Below are positions 28,377 to 37,180 of a stretch of 64,000 bases of DNA, one piece after another. The position numbers and the translations under genes were made by a program. The stretch's first letter is position 1, and every line of letters starts with the position of its first letter. The notes beneath the pieces are model-generated. The model did not search any database and had not been told where the DNA came from. It saw only the letters and a list, made by a program, of their open reading frames with translations. Source of the DNA: a virus. The DNA is taken from IMG/VR virus record IMGVR_UViG_3300034520_000378, one strand, 5' to 3'.

Positions 28377-29249
28377 TTAAATCTGTTCAGGATTCAGGTG
28401 CGGTTCTCTCCCCTCCTTTGCCGCATCAACACTGCTCATCTGTTCTGTTTGCTCTTGCTGTTTTGCAGCGTTAGTACTGGAATACACGCGCCAGCTGCCC
28501 GGACCGGTTATAAGCATATCGGGCATCATCTTGGGACGTAGGTCTGCAGGATCAAGCAGTAGCATCGGGTCAATGCCCTGCTCTCTAAGCGCATTCGGGT
28601 CTATCTTCTTGCTGTCCGTATCAGCCGTGTCGTTCAGCAGGTCGAATCTTACCGGCAGCCCGTACAGCACATTGGCCAGCCACTCCGCCCTGACCGCATA
28701 ATCAAGAAGTTTGGCTATCGGCCAGTTGCGCATCTCCTCTATCCGGATGGCGGGAAACATGTGTGCGATGAGCGTTTCAGCCTGGCGCTCAAAACCCTCC
28801 ATCAGCGACCTGAAGCTCTCAAGCTCCTCTGTTAGACGCTTCGGATTCGGCAGGGCGGACATGCGCCATATATCGTCAGCCAGCCGCGTCACCACGCCAG
28901 CAGGAAACGTAGTATAGTCAAAACCGCGGGGATATACCACCGCAGTCTTGCAAATATCGTATACTACATCCTCGCCATTCTGCTTCCTGAGAACAAACTT
29001 GTAGTACTCACTCCTGGCGAGCGGCCGCCATATGAAGAGAATACCATTCAGGTACGAAGTGTATATGTACTCATGCTGCTCCGCCAGGCGCTCTATAAGC
29101 CTGTCGAGAGCATTTACAGCATTATCGGCGGCTCGTAGTTTTCTACGAATCCGCTTGCTTCCATTATTTGTTGTGCCAGAAGCGCTGGAACTCCCGCTTT
29201 GTCCTTTGCCATCTTCTCGTAATTGTATCCCATCGGCCATAATACGCAT
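28377..29249 (-). CDS. tail assembly chaperone-like protein 2 (start uncertain)
   Basis: Paralogous to 29114..29506 (WRPL.R.EY / WRTL.R.EY; IC...V.YP / IC...V.WP; AGV..LA..I...S); homology begins near 29100. Confidence 0.6.
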   Translation of the reverse strand: MRIMADGIQLREDGKGQSGSSSASGTTNNGSKRIRRKLRAADNAVNALDRLIERLAEQHEYIYTSYLNGILFIWRPLARSEYYKFVLRKQNGEDVVYDICKTAVVYPRGFDYTTFPAGVVTRLADDIWRMSALPNPKRLTEELESFRSLMEGFERQAETLIAHMFPAIRIEEMRNWPIAKLLDYAVRAEWLANVLYGLPVRFDLLNDTADTDSKKIDPNALREQGIDPMLLLDPADLRPKMMPDMLITGPGSWRVYSSTNAAKQQEQTEQMSSVDAAKEGREPHLNPEQI

Positions 29250-29506
29250 GTCTCACATATTATCTCCTCTCTCTGGAGTGGATCGGTATTAGGCAGGTTC
29301 ACTATCTGTTTGTACTCATAACGGTTAAGCGTGCGCCACACGTAGTAATCATTGCCTATCCTGGATACGTATATCTCGCCTTCCTTGATGATGTTACCTT
29401 CTTCATCAGTGATGGCAAACTGCTTCTTCCAGCTGTCAATCTGACTCTTTAGCGGCCCGCCTGGGAAAATGGGGCCATCGTTACGTTCAATCTTTTCCTT
29501 GGACAT
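29114..29506 (-). CDS. tail assembly chaperone-like protein 1
   Basis: GGAGG SD; small acidic protein between tube paralogs and the TMP-like gene. Confidence 0.7.
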   Translation of the reverse strand: MSKEKIERNDGPIFPGGPLKSQIDSWKKQFAITDEEGNIIKEGEIYVSRIGNDYYVWRTLNRYEYKQIVNLPNTDPLQREEIICETCVLWPMGYNYEKMAKDKAGVPALLAQQIMEASGFVENYEPPIML

Positions 29507-29520
29507 ACATCAACCTCCGT

Positions 29521-31581
29521 TTAGTCAATGTCTCTGGCTATAAATTCGTATACCTCTTCAATCGGCTTCCCCGTGGGATCCAGCACCTGCGTACAGCCCG
29601 TAAGCTGTACGCCTCTTATAGCCTTGACCGTGGTATTGTAGCTTACCATACCGGGGAGCGTATTGCCCCTCTTCTCTACATCGTAAGGCAGCGGTCCGTA
29701 AACTATGTATATATCAAACCCAGTCTCCTGCAGCGCCTTTGAATATTCGCCGCTGTAGAAGAAAGGCTTATAGTGCCGGCTTTGTGCGCGTTCCGGAACG
29801 AACGGATCGCCCCATATCTCGTTCTCATAGTCACTCATGGCTTTATGAGCTCCAGAACTGCCCGATGTTCCGCCTGTTGTACCAGAACCAGTGCTGGAGC
29901 TGCTGCGCGAATTGAGCAGTTCGTTGATCTTTGCCCACGTCTGCGGCCCGACAATGCCGTCTACCACTAGGCCGTACTTTTTCTGGAATGCCTTGACCGC
30001 GGCTTCGGTCTTGGGACCAAATATTCCATCTATGGGCCCCGGATCAAAACCAAGCCGTTTCAGAGCCTCCTGCAGCCTTCTTACATCCTCACCACGAGAA
30101 CCTCGCTTGAGCAGCGGCATTCGTGTGGATTGCCCTGCAGGCGCCGATGAGCTGAGTAGCTCGTTTATCTTACCCCACGTCTTAGGTCCCACAATACCGT
30201 CGACCACCAGGCCGTACCTCTTCTGAAACTCCTTAACTGCAGCCTGAGTCTTGGGGCCGAAAATGCCGTCTACGGCGCCACAGTTAAACCCCAGCTTGTT
30301 CAATGCAGTCTGCAGCCGCTTTACATCCTCGCCGCGGGAACCAAGCTTGAGCAGCGGTGTCGAGGTTGAAGCCGACTGTCCCGCCGAAGACGGCGCCGTC
30401 GGCGCTCTTGAACCCAGCAGCTCGTTTATCTTACCCCACGTCTGGGGACCGACAATGCCATCAACCTTCAATCCATACTTCTTCTGAAAGGCCTTAACAG
30501 CAGCCTGAGTCTTGGGACCAAAGATACCGTCGGCCGCACCACAGCTGAAGCCCAACTGGTTTAAAGCGTTTTGCAACCGCTTTACATCTTCACCGCGGGA
30601 GCCAAGCTTGAGCAGTGTGGCTTGGATCTGCATCGCCCCGCGACCGCTCATTGATGCTCTGTTCAGCAGTTCACTTAACTTTCCCCACGTCTGAGGACCT
30701 ACAATGCCGTCGACTTTTAAGCCGTACTGCCGTTGAAATGCTTTAACAGCAGCTTCCGTCCTGGGCCCAAAGATACCATCGATAGGGCCAGGATCGTGGC
30801 CCAGCTGTTTCAAAGCTGTCTGCAACCGCTTGACATCTTCGCCGCGGGAACCACGCTTCAAAAGCGGGCCAGTACTGGATATCGTTGAGACCGTCTTTGT
30901 ACCCAGCAGTTCGTTTATCTTACCCCATGTCTGAGGGCCTACAATACCGTCAACTTTCAAGTTGTGCGCCTTTTGGAACGCTTTCACAGCAGCCTCTGTT
31001 TTAGGTCCAAATATACCGTCTATAGGCCCCGGATCGAAACCAAGCTGCTTTAAAGCCGTCTGCAGTCTTTTAACGTCCTCACCACGGGAGCCCCTTTTCA
31101 ACAGCACGGTTTTTGAAGGCTGTACTGCTGAAGACTGCACAACCGTCGAAGAAGATTGCACTGCTGGCTGGCTGCCGGAATTAAGCACGTCCTCTATCGT
31201 TCGCAGCGCATCCCTGTGCCATTCCGGTACCGGCTGGTCGCTTAACATATAAGACAATGCAGGGGCATCGCGATTGCCCCCAAGCTCACCTATATGCTCG
31301 AGTACGTTGTAGAGATACCCCGCCTTCCTGAAGGCTATACTAAAGCGGCCCTGTACTAAGCGGGAACCACGCTTGACAGCGTCGTACGTGTACGAAGCGT
31401 AACCATATATGGGCCGCACTTGCTCAACAAGCGTAAACTGGAGGCTGGTGATATCCGCAAGCCACACGTCGCCGAAGTATATGACCACATCGGCCCCGCT
31501 GAAGAACTCCTCCGGAAAGTGCTGATATTCAATTTGCTGTCTTGTATATGCCACACCGGCCGGCGTTTCGTGCGAAGCCAT
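29521..31581 (-). CDS. tail tube-like protein carrying five inserted peptidoglycan-binding domains
   Basis: N-terminal FSGAD...G.R.V.G tube-paralog motif and C-terminal FIARDID flank five PG_binding_1-type repeats (~29915-31105). Confidence 0.8.
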   Translation of the reverse strand: MASHETPAGVAYTRQQIEYQHFPEEFFSGADVVIYFGDVWLADITSLQFTLVEQVRPIYGYASYTYDAVKRGSRLVQGRFSIAFRKAGYLYNVLEHIGELGGNRDAPALSYMLSDQPVPEWHRDALRTIEDVLNSGSQPAVQSSSTVVQSSAVQPSKTVLLKRGSRGEDVKRLQTALKQLGFDPGPIDGIFGPKTEAAVKAFQKAHNLKVDGIVGPQTWGKINELLGTKTVSTISSTGPLLKRGSRGEDVKRLQTALKQLGHDPGPIDGIFGPRTEAAVKAFQRQYGLKVDGIVGPQTWGKLSELLNRASMSGRGAMQIQATLLKLGSRGEDVKRLQNALNQLGFSCGAADGIFGPKTQAAVKAFQKKYGLKVDGIVGPQTWGKINELLGSRAPTAPSSAGQSASTSTPLLKLGSRGEDVKRLQTALNKLGFNCGAVDGIFGPKTQAAVKEFQKRYGLVVDGIVGPKTWGKINELLSSSAPAGQSTRMPLLKRGSRGEDVRRLQEALKRLGFDPGPIDGIFGPKTEAAVKAFQKKYGLVVDGIVGPQTWAKINELLNSRSSSSTGSGTTGGTSGSSGAHKAMSDYENEIWGDPFVPERAQSRHYKPFFYSGEYSKALQETGFDIYIVYGPLPYDVEKRGNTLPGMVSYNTTVKAIRGVQLTGCTQVLDPTGKPIEEVYEFIARDID

Positions 31582-31595
31582 ACAGCGCAACGCTC

Positions 31596-32723
31596 CTATC
31601 GCGAATATTTGTCCTTAAGCTCAGAGATACTGAACTTGAGAAGCTGGGTGGGATTGAGAAATGTCGTGCTGTTGGTAACCGGAAACATCGGCTCCAACAT
31701 ATAGTCGTTGTACTCGAGCAGGATTATGTCGCGAGCCATGTAGCTCCACACATTCTCCGTGATTATATCGTCTATGGACATTACCTTGCCTTCTTCGTAC
31801 ACCGTAGCGCCGTATATGACCAGCCTAGAGGCGCGCCCGTATTCCGAAGCCATGGTGATTATGATATCGAAAGGCGGCAGCTCGTCCGTCTTAAGCCTCC
31901 CCATCTTGTTCAGGTACTCCACCTGTGCCCTGAGATTGTTCAGCTCGTGCTGCTCAAGGACGGTGAAGATGATTGTGCCTGCCACGCGCCTTTGTCCGCG
32001 TGCATAACCCCTCACGGAGATCCTGCCCAGTGTCCTAACTTCCTGCAGGTCCCTGAGGATGGAGTAAGAAACGGTAGAGCATTCCCCTACCGTAACCGGC
32101 TGTGCACCAGGCAAGAGAATGCTCACGATCATGTCGACACCCGAAAACGAGCCATAACCCGGAAGTTCTTTATGCACTGCAACTTTACTTGCAGATGAAC
32201 TCGCAGATGAACTCGTAGTATCAGCATCCCGCACCCTAACCACAATCCCGCTCTGAGGCCCCACCCGCCTTGCCGTTAGTATATCGTTGACCATTGTTTT
32301 GACCACGGCAAGCGGAAAGTTTCTGCCAGGACAGGCTGTAGCGGCAAGCTCCTTGTGCCCCACAATACTGGCACTAGGATACTTTTCCTTGAGGTAGCAG
32401 ACGAGATCAATCAAAGCAAGCCTTTGCTTCTCACCCATCTGCTCAACCTCAAAGTTGCCTTCACAACATACGCCTACAGATACAGTGTTATAGCCCAAGC
32501 AGTGGGCCCCCACCGTGTTCTCCGGGCGCAGGCTGTATACGGTGCCGTCCTTGCGAACAAGATAATGATATCCTGCACCCGCCCAGCCTTTGGCAAGGTG
32601 CCAGCGGTGGATATCCTCCGGACTGCTGACCGAGGCTGCAGCGTGGTGCAGGACAATATACTGTGTCGCCGACCTTACGTCGAGCTTCTCTCTAAACTGG
32701 AGATTAGCATTGATAATTTGCAT
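31596..32723 (-). CDS. N-acetylmuramoyl-L-alanine amidase (Amidase_2) fused to a tail tube-like domain
   Basis: IVLHH, GYHY, GAHC.GYN, GHKE...TACPG; Ser-rich linker; C-terminal SFSGVD...RG.RR.AGT.IF...LPPFDI...A.EYG matches the main tube protein. Confidence 0.85.
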   Translation of the reverse strand: MQIINANLQFREKLDVRSATQYIVLHHAAASVSSPEDIHRWHLAKGWAGAGYHYLVRKDGTVYSLRPENTVGAHCLGYNTVSVGVCCEGNFEVEQMGEKQRLALIDLVCYLKEKYPSASIVGHKELAATACPGRNFPLAVVKTMVNDILTARRVGPQSGIVVRVRDADTTSSSASSSASKVAVHKELPGYGSFSGVDMIVSILLPGAQPVTVGECSTVSYSILRDLQEVRTLGRISVRGYARGQRRVAGTIIFTVLEQHELNNLRAQVEYLNKMGRLKTDELPPFDIIITMASEYGRASRLVIYGATVYEEGKVMSIDDIITENVWSYMARDIILLEYNDYMLEPMFPVTNSTTFLNPTQLLKFSISELKDKYSR

Positions 32724-32777
32724 CTTTGTTTCCCCTACACTGACATGATACTTCCATGGTATGCCTCATCTTCCATC

Positions 32778-34636
32778 TTACTGTTTCTCGACAATCGGAT
32801 AGTATGGTTCTAATGAGCCGTCTCCTTTGTACACTCCCCTGATGATTGGCGATATCCTGCGCGCGATGAATGTGAAGTGACGCTCCATGACGATAGTGTC
32901 AACATTGACACCGCTGCCTTCATTGAGCAGCTCAACGTCGTATATCTTCTGGAACGCGGTCTGGCCATACTCGTTGGCAAATGTCATCATGATGTCAAAT
33001 GGTGGAATCATGTCTGCGTATATGATGTTTTCAGGCTTAATCAGGTCAAATCCTGGAGGTACATGAATTGCCTTGTACTGACGCAGGTCGGATCCAACCG
33101 TTGGCGGATTCTTCGCATACTCTGCCGCCGCCTGATTGGCTTTCTTGTTCCACTCAGATATCTCTAAAGCGCTGAACAGGTCGCTCTGCTGTTTGGTTAC
33201 CTGCGAAACGTTACCGGCAGCGGTAAACATCGCTGGTGGCGCTATGCTCTGCCATACAGCTTGGTCCTTAACAAGAGCTTCAATAAGAGCATCCCTGTCA
33301 AATACGGCAAATACCAGGGTGCCGCTTATGCCGCGCTTGCCGCGGCTGAAGGATCTTGGATCTGGGCTCACCATTCCAACGGTTTCCCATTGGGGTGGAC
33401 TATATCTTGAGGCCTTACATGAACTGACTGGGTAGCCCTGCTTCGGTCAAAGCTTTTTCCCAACTGCCAAATACTGCATTGATAGCCTTAAACGAATAAG
33501 TCCCAGGAGTGTAGTTATACAGCACAACAGGAAACTTCTCCGGCCTGCCAATTTGCTCATAGAATGATACAAGGTTCTGGATTATGAGCCGCTTATTAAT
33601 CTCCTTGTCTGCTTTCCTGTTTATCCTGAGGTGGAAGTGGGGCGGTAAACTGTGCGCTTTGTCCCAGCCCAGGGGAAGTTTGCGCTGCATGCACGGAAGA
33701 ATATACGGGCTCACTATCTTAAGGAGTTTAATGGCTTCTTCCCGCGGAAAATACACATAGTAGCACTTCCGCTTCCCCTTACCCCGCCTGGCTATGGAGA
33801 TGTTTATGTCATAAACATCCCTAAGGTAGTCCCTTATCAAATGGTGCTCCTCAAGAGTAAAGGAATATGTCGATATCTCAACAGTGTTCCGGTTTATGTG
33901 GTAGGAGCCGTCGTCCATATACCACACAGCGAGGGATAGCGGAGTCAACTTTTCCAACCAACCGGCGGTTATAGCCTTTCTGTTGTCGACGTATATCTCT
34001 TCTCTCAGCTCTCTGAAGAAGTCGTCCATTTTGCTGTAGAGGGATAAAGACTTTGACTTAATTCCGCGGCCGTCGAGGTTGGAATGCCTTTCTCTGAGCC
34101 TGGGCCCAACATTGAATATATCCTTCAACTCATCATACAGCCAGTAGACGTATTCGCTGTCCTCGACGCTATGCTCAACTTCAAACCGGTAGTATGTTGC
34201 ATAGCCATAATCCAGTTTGGCGATGTATGCATCTCCGAGCAGGGCGCCGTAGATTATCGCCAGTTGCCTGTCAGTCAGTTTCATGCAGTCGCCTCCCGAG
34301 CGTATGATACTGCCTATGACACACACCTGGGTGTGTGGAGACAGTATCTCGGGCGCTCCGCCCTCAGTCTCTACGGGGAGTTGTCCCCGGCGCATGAGCC
34401 GGATGCTCTTCCCTCGGTATTACCCGCGAAGGGCTCCACCGATATAGCTCGGTTTTTCTCAGTCAATCACTTGACTGAGGGGCAGTCTATCTACCCATGG
34501 TATAAACTGGAACTTTCTCTCTGGTAATAGCCCATGTAATCTGCTGGAGCTCTCCGATGACTGTCTTGCCAAACGAAACAATCAAGTCCGCCCCGGAAAA
34601 GCTTGTGAGAGTCCTAGTGTACTCCACTCCTGCCAA
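32778..34636 (-). CDS. major tail tube protein, spliced: join(34636..34493, 33368..32778), 244 aa
   Basis: Exon 1 (TTG, AAGGAGGT SD) MAGVEYTRTLTSFSGAD...VYTMG joins in frame to SPDPRSFSRGKRGISG; directly follows the sheath gene. Confidence 0.88.
33369..34492 (-). ncRNA. group I intron (1124 nt) in the tail tube gene
   Basis: Exon ends in U (GGGU) pairing with IGS GCCC; P TATATCGGTGGA, Q AATACCGAG, R GTAGAGACT, S AAGATATAGTCC; terminal G; restores reading frame. Confidence 0.92.
33415..34284 (-). CDS. intron-encoded LAGLIDADG homing endonuclease (289 aa)
   Basis: IYGALLGDAY and LAVWYMDDGS motifs; C-terminal 'FGSWEKALTEAGL'; GGGAGG SD before ATG 34284; lies between intron R and S elements. 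Confidence 0.93.
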   Translation of the reverse strand: MKLTDRQLAIIYGALLGDAYIAKLDYGYATYYRFEVEHSVEDSEYVYWLYDELKDIFNVGPRLRERHSNLDGRGIKSKSLSLYSKMDDFFRELREEIYVDNRKAITAGWLEKLTPLSLAVWYMDDGSYHINRNTVEISTYSFTLEEHHLIRDYLRDVYDINISIARRGKGKRKCYYVYFPREEAIKLLKIVSPYILPCMQRKLPLGWDKAHSLPPHFHLRINRKADKEINKRLIIQNLVSFYEQIGRPEKFPVVLYNYTPGTYSFKAINAVFGSWEKALTEAGLPSQFM

Positions 34637-34689
34637 AGTAGACTACCTCCTTTGTGATATATAGGTAAAGCCTTACGCCGGAACCGGCG

Positions 34690-36531
34690 TTACAGCTCCG
34701 GCGTGAGGCTTACTACCACGGTGATCTGGCGCAATTCGAACGGTGGGACGATGGTCAGCTCTATCTTCGCACGTCCCAACACCTGGTCCATAAGCGTGGA
34801 TATTATGTTGAACCTGTAATCGCTCAAGTCCCCGGCCTCTTTCATCGCAGACAGTCTCTTGTCTATGGCTGCAGCCATCGCATTCCTGTTGGGTACATTG
34901 TTGGGTTCGCCAAGGAATGGGTCGCATGCATCTTTGACCGCATCAACCGCAGCCTTGACTACGCGAACAGTGGTGGTTCTTGCATAGTCAGAACCGGGCT
35001 GAGCACAGGTCATAGCATCCTCTACAGCAACGATAGTGCCATTGTTCTTGGTCTTATAGGTTACATACCTTGCAGCGGTCAATCTGTCTCTTTGCGCGTT
35101 GCTGTAGTTGAAGCGCAAACCGACAATACCAGGTACGCGCTTGTTGAGCGGTGAAGATCCGGGCCTCATCGTGCTCATCATAGCAGCGAAGATTACCGCA
35201 CTGTTTGCAGTGTATGTGCCCAACCTGGTGTTCCGCAATATCACGTCCGGGCCGGCTACCACGTGGATGAAGCGACCGATGTCGTACGGCTTGCCCTCGG
35301 CATCAAGCACAGGATTGCCGTACTTGTCCAGCACGAAGTAGTCGTTCTTGCGAGCGAGCAGCTTGCTCACATGCTCGTCGATGGACTTCAGATCGGTCGC
35401 ACGAGCAGGCTTAGTTGAGATTACGCCGTATGTGGTGTGCTGCCTGGTCGAGATATAAGCACAGGCCATCGCGAGCTCTTGTGCGAAGTTCTTCTTGTTG
35501 TCAGGCAGCTCGTCATCAGCATACACACCAAGCGGCACTACCCAGTCAACGGTGTAGTTCTCAAGCAGCTGATATGCACCGGGTTCGATCAGGTTACCAT
35601 CTGCATCGCGCTTACCGCTCAGCAGCTCAAACAGCCTTGACTTGGAAAGGTTGAGCTCATCATCGCCGCCGGTGAACTGGGTGGTATCCATAAGCTGCAG
35701 CAACTCAGGCGACTGCTCCGCTATCTCAGGATCGCATGTAGCAACGAATATGCTGTTTGGATCATTGTTTATAGCGTTGACTAACGCCTCAATGGTGAAG
35801 TAGTCCGCAGAGCTGTACTCCAGAGGCTGTTCGCCAGGAGCTTTCTTTAAAGCCGGCTTCTCAAGTATTATCTTCCTGCCCTGGTTGTCTACAATCGTGG
35901 TTACAGTAGCCTTGCACTCGTTGTAGAGCGAACCGGCAAACTTGGTCTCAATCTTGATGCTGCCGTTGATAGTGGTTGTTACATTGGCAAGGTACTTGGC
36001 TACAAGCTTTGTGCCAAGCGTGAGCCCCGAAGTGTCAACCATGATGTCCTGGCCATTCAATGTGACAAGTGAGCTGTCAACAGCTACGTCATCAGCATAT
36101 ACAACCAGTGACCCTTCGATAGGTACATAGTCTAAAGTAGCAGTTATCACGCTGCCGTCTGCAAGGCCAAGCTCTTCTTCAATCAACTTCTCTTCTGTAA
36201 CAGTAATTGGTGCACAGGGGATGATTACTGATGCCGGTTTACCGGATATCCTCATCAATCTTATGTCACGGCATCCAGCATTCCATGCTTCCTCAAACCC
36301 CACCACTAGCGTGGCGCCGTTGGGCCGGCCGTTGCTGTCAACCGCCTTGCCAAACACCAGTTCAACAGTGGAAGCGTCAACTGCTACCGGTACTCCAACA
36401 GGCCCATCAGTAGCAGTACCCAACAGAAGAATACTTTCGGTTTGAGGCGGGTTGGGATCTGTCCTCAGCTGCAGACCGCCATCCTTAAATTCAGTAAGTA
36501 TGCCTGGTAAGTTGGGGTACAAGTTAAACAT
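34690..36531 (-). CDS. major tail sheath protein
   Basis: 'YPNLPGI..E', 'GTA.DGPV..PV', C-terminal 'FLGEPN...R' and 'L.IVP.FELR.I.V' sheath motifs. Confidence 0.88.
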   Translation of the reverse strand: MFNLYPNLPGILTEFKDGGLQLRTDPNPPQTESILLLGTATDGPVGVPVAVDASTVELVFGKAVDSNGRPNGATLVVGFEEAWNAGCRDIRLMRISGKPASVIIPCAPITVTEEKLIEEELGLADGSVITATLDYVPIEGSLVVYADDVAVDSSLVTLNGQDIMVDTSGLTLGTKLVAKYLANVTTTINGSIKIETKFAGSLYNECKATVTTIVDNQGRKIILEKPALKKAPGEQPLEYSSADYFTIEALVNAINNDPNSIFVATCDPEIAEQSPELLQLMDTTQFTGGDDELNLSKSRLFELLSGKRDADGNLIEPGAYQLLENYTVDWVVPLGVYADDELPDNKKNFAQELAMACAYISTRQHTTYGVISTKPARATDLKSIDEHVSKLLARKNDYFVLDKYGNPVLDAEGKPYDIGRFIHVVAGPDVILRNTRLGTYTANSAVIFAAMMSTMRPGSSPLNKRVPGIVGLRFNYSNAQRDRLTAARYVTYKTKNNGTIVAVEDAMTCAQPGSDYARTTTVRVVKAAVDAVKDACDPFLGEPNNVPNRNAMAAAIDKRLSAMKEAGDLSDYRFNIISTLMDQVLGRAKIELTIVPPFELRQITVVVSLTPEL

Positions 36532-36555
36532 CGCTTATAGCCTACCTCCTTAATG

Positions 36556-37149
36556 TTAGGTTGTTGTTTGCTGCTGCTTGACTTGGATGGACAAGTCTTC
36601 AAGCAGTTTCCCTCTCACTATCCTTATCTCTTCCACTCGGACAAGGTAGCGCAGCGTTCTCACGGCAAGGTTGCCGGTTTGTATGCGGGTGCGCCCAGCT
36701 TCCCCTTCGCCGAGGAATATGAGCTCGCTCATCCCATTTTCCTTGAAGTATCCCGCATACGTGTCTATGAATGCCTCAAGCTTGTTGGTCCAGTATCGCG
36801 CCTCCCTGTCCGTGCGCGCGTAGCACAAGAAGTCGACCCTGCAGTCATACCACTTGCGCCATACTTCGACGTGATGCCCTTCATACAGTGTGTCAGGCAT
36901 TGTCTCAAAGAACCTTTTCTTGAGAGGGGTGAGCTCCTTGTTAGGCTCTCTTGATACAAGATGAAATACAATATATGGCAACTGCATGTTTTCGGGGTCG
37001 TCAAAGGTTGTCTCCTCATCTGAGAAGACGCCCCAGCCGGTCCCCCATGCAGCGTCAAGCAAGCGTCTGAGCGTATCAGCAAAGCTGTTCAGCGTGTCGC
37101 ATGAATAGCGCTCATGCGTAATACCTGGTATGTCGTATACCCCTGCCAC
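36556..37149 (-). CDS. tail completion/terminator-like protein
   Basis: 'LPYIVF', 'VDF..YA.T..EA' pattern; position between neck and sheath. Confidence 0.55.
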   Translation of the reverse strand: MAGVYDIPGITHERYSCDTLNSFADTLRRLLDAAWGTGWGVFSDEETTFDDPENMQLPYIVFHLVSREPNKELTPLKKRFFETMPDTLYEGHHVEVWRKWYDCRVDFLCYARTDREARYWTNKLEAFIDTYAGYFKENGMSELIFLGEGEAGRTRIQTGNLAVRTLRYLVRVEEIRIVRGKLLEDLSIQVKQQQTTT

Positions 37150-37180
37150 ACAGCAAGCCCCCTTCTGGTTGTTGGGCCCC

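Noticed and set aside
34285-34395. N-terminal extension of the homing endonuclease
   Set aside because: Lies in the intron core; the SD supports ATG 34284
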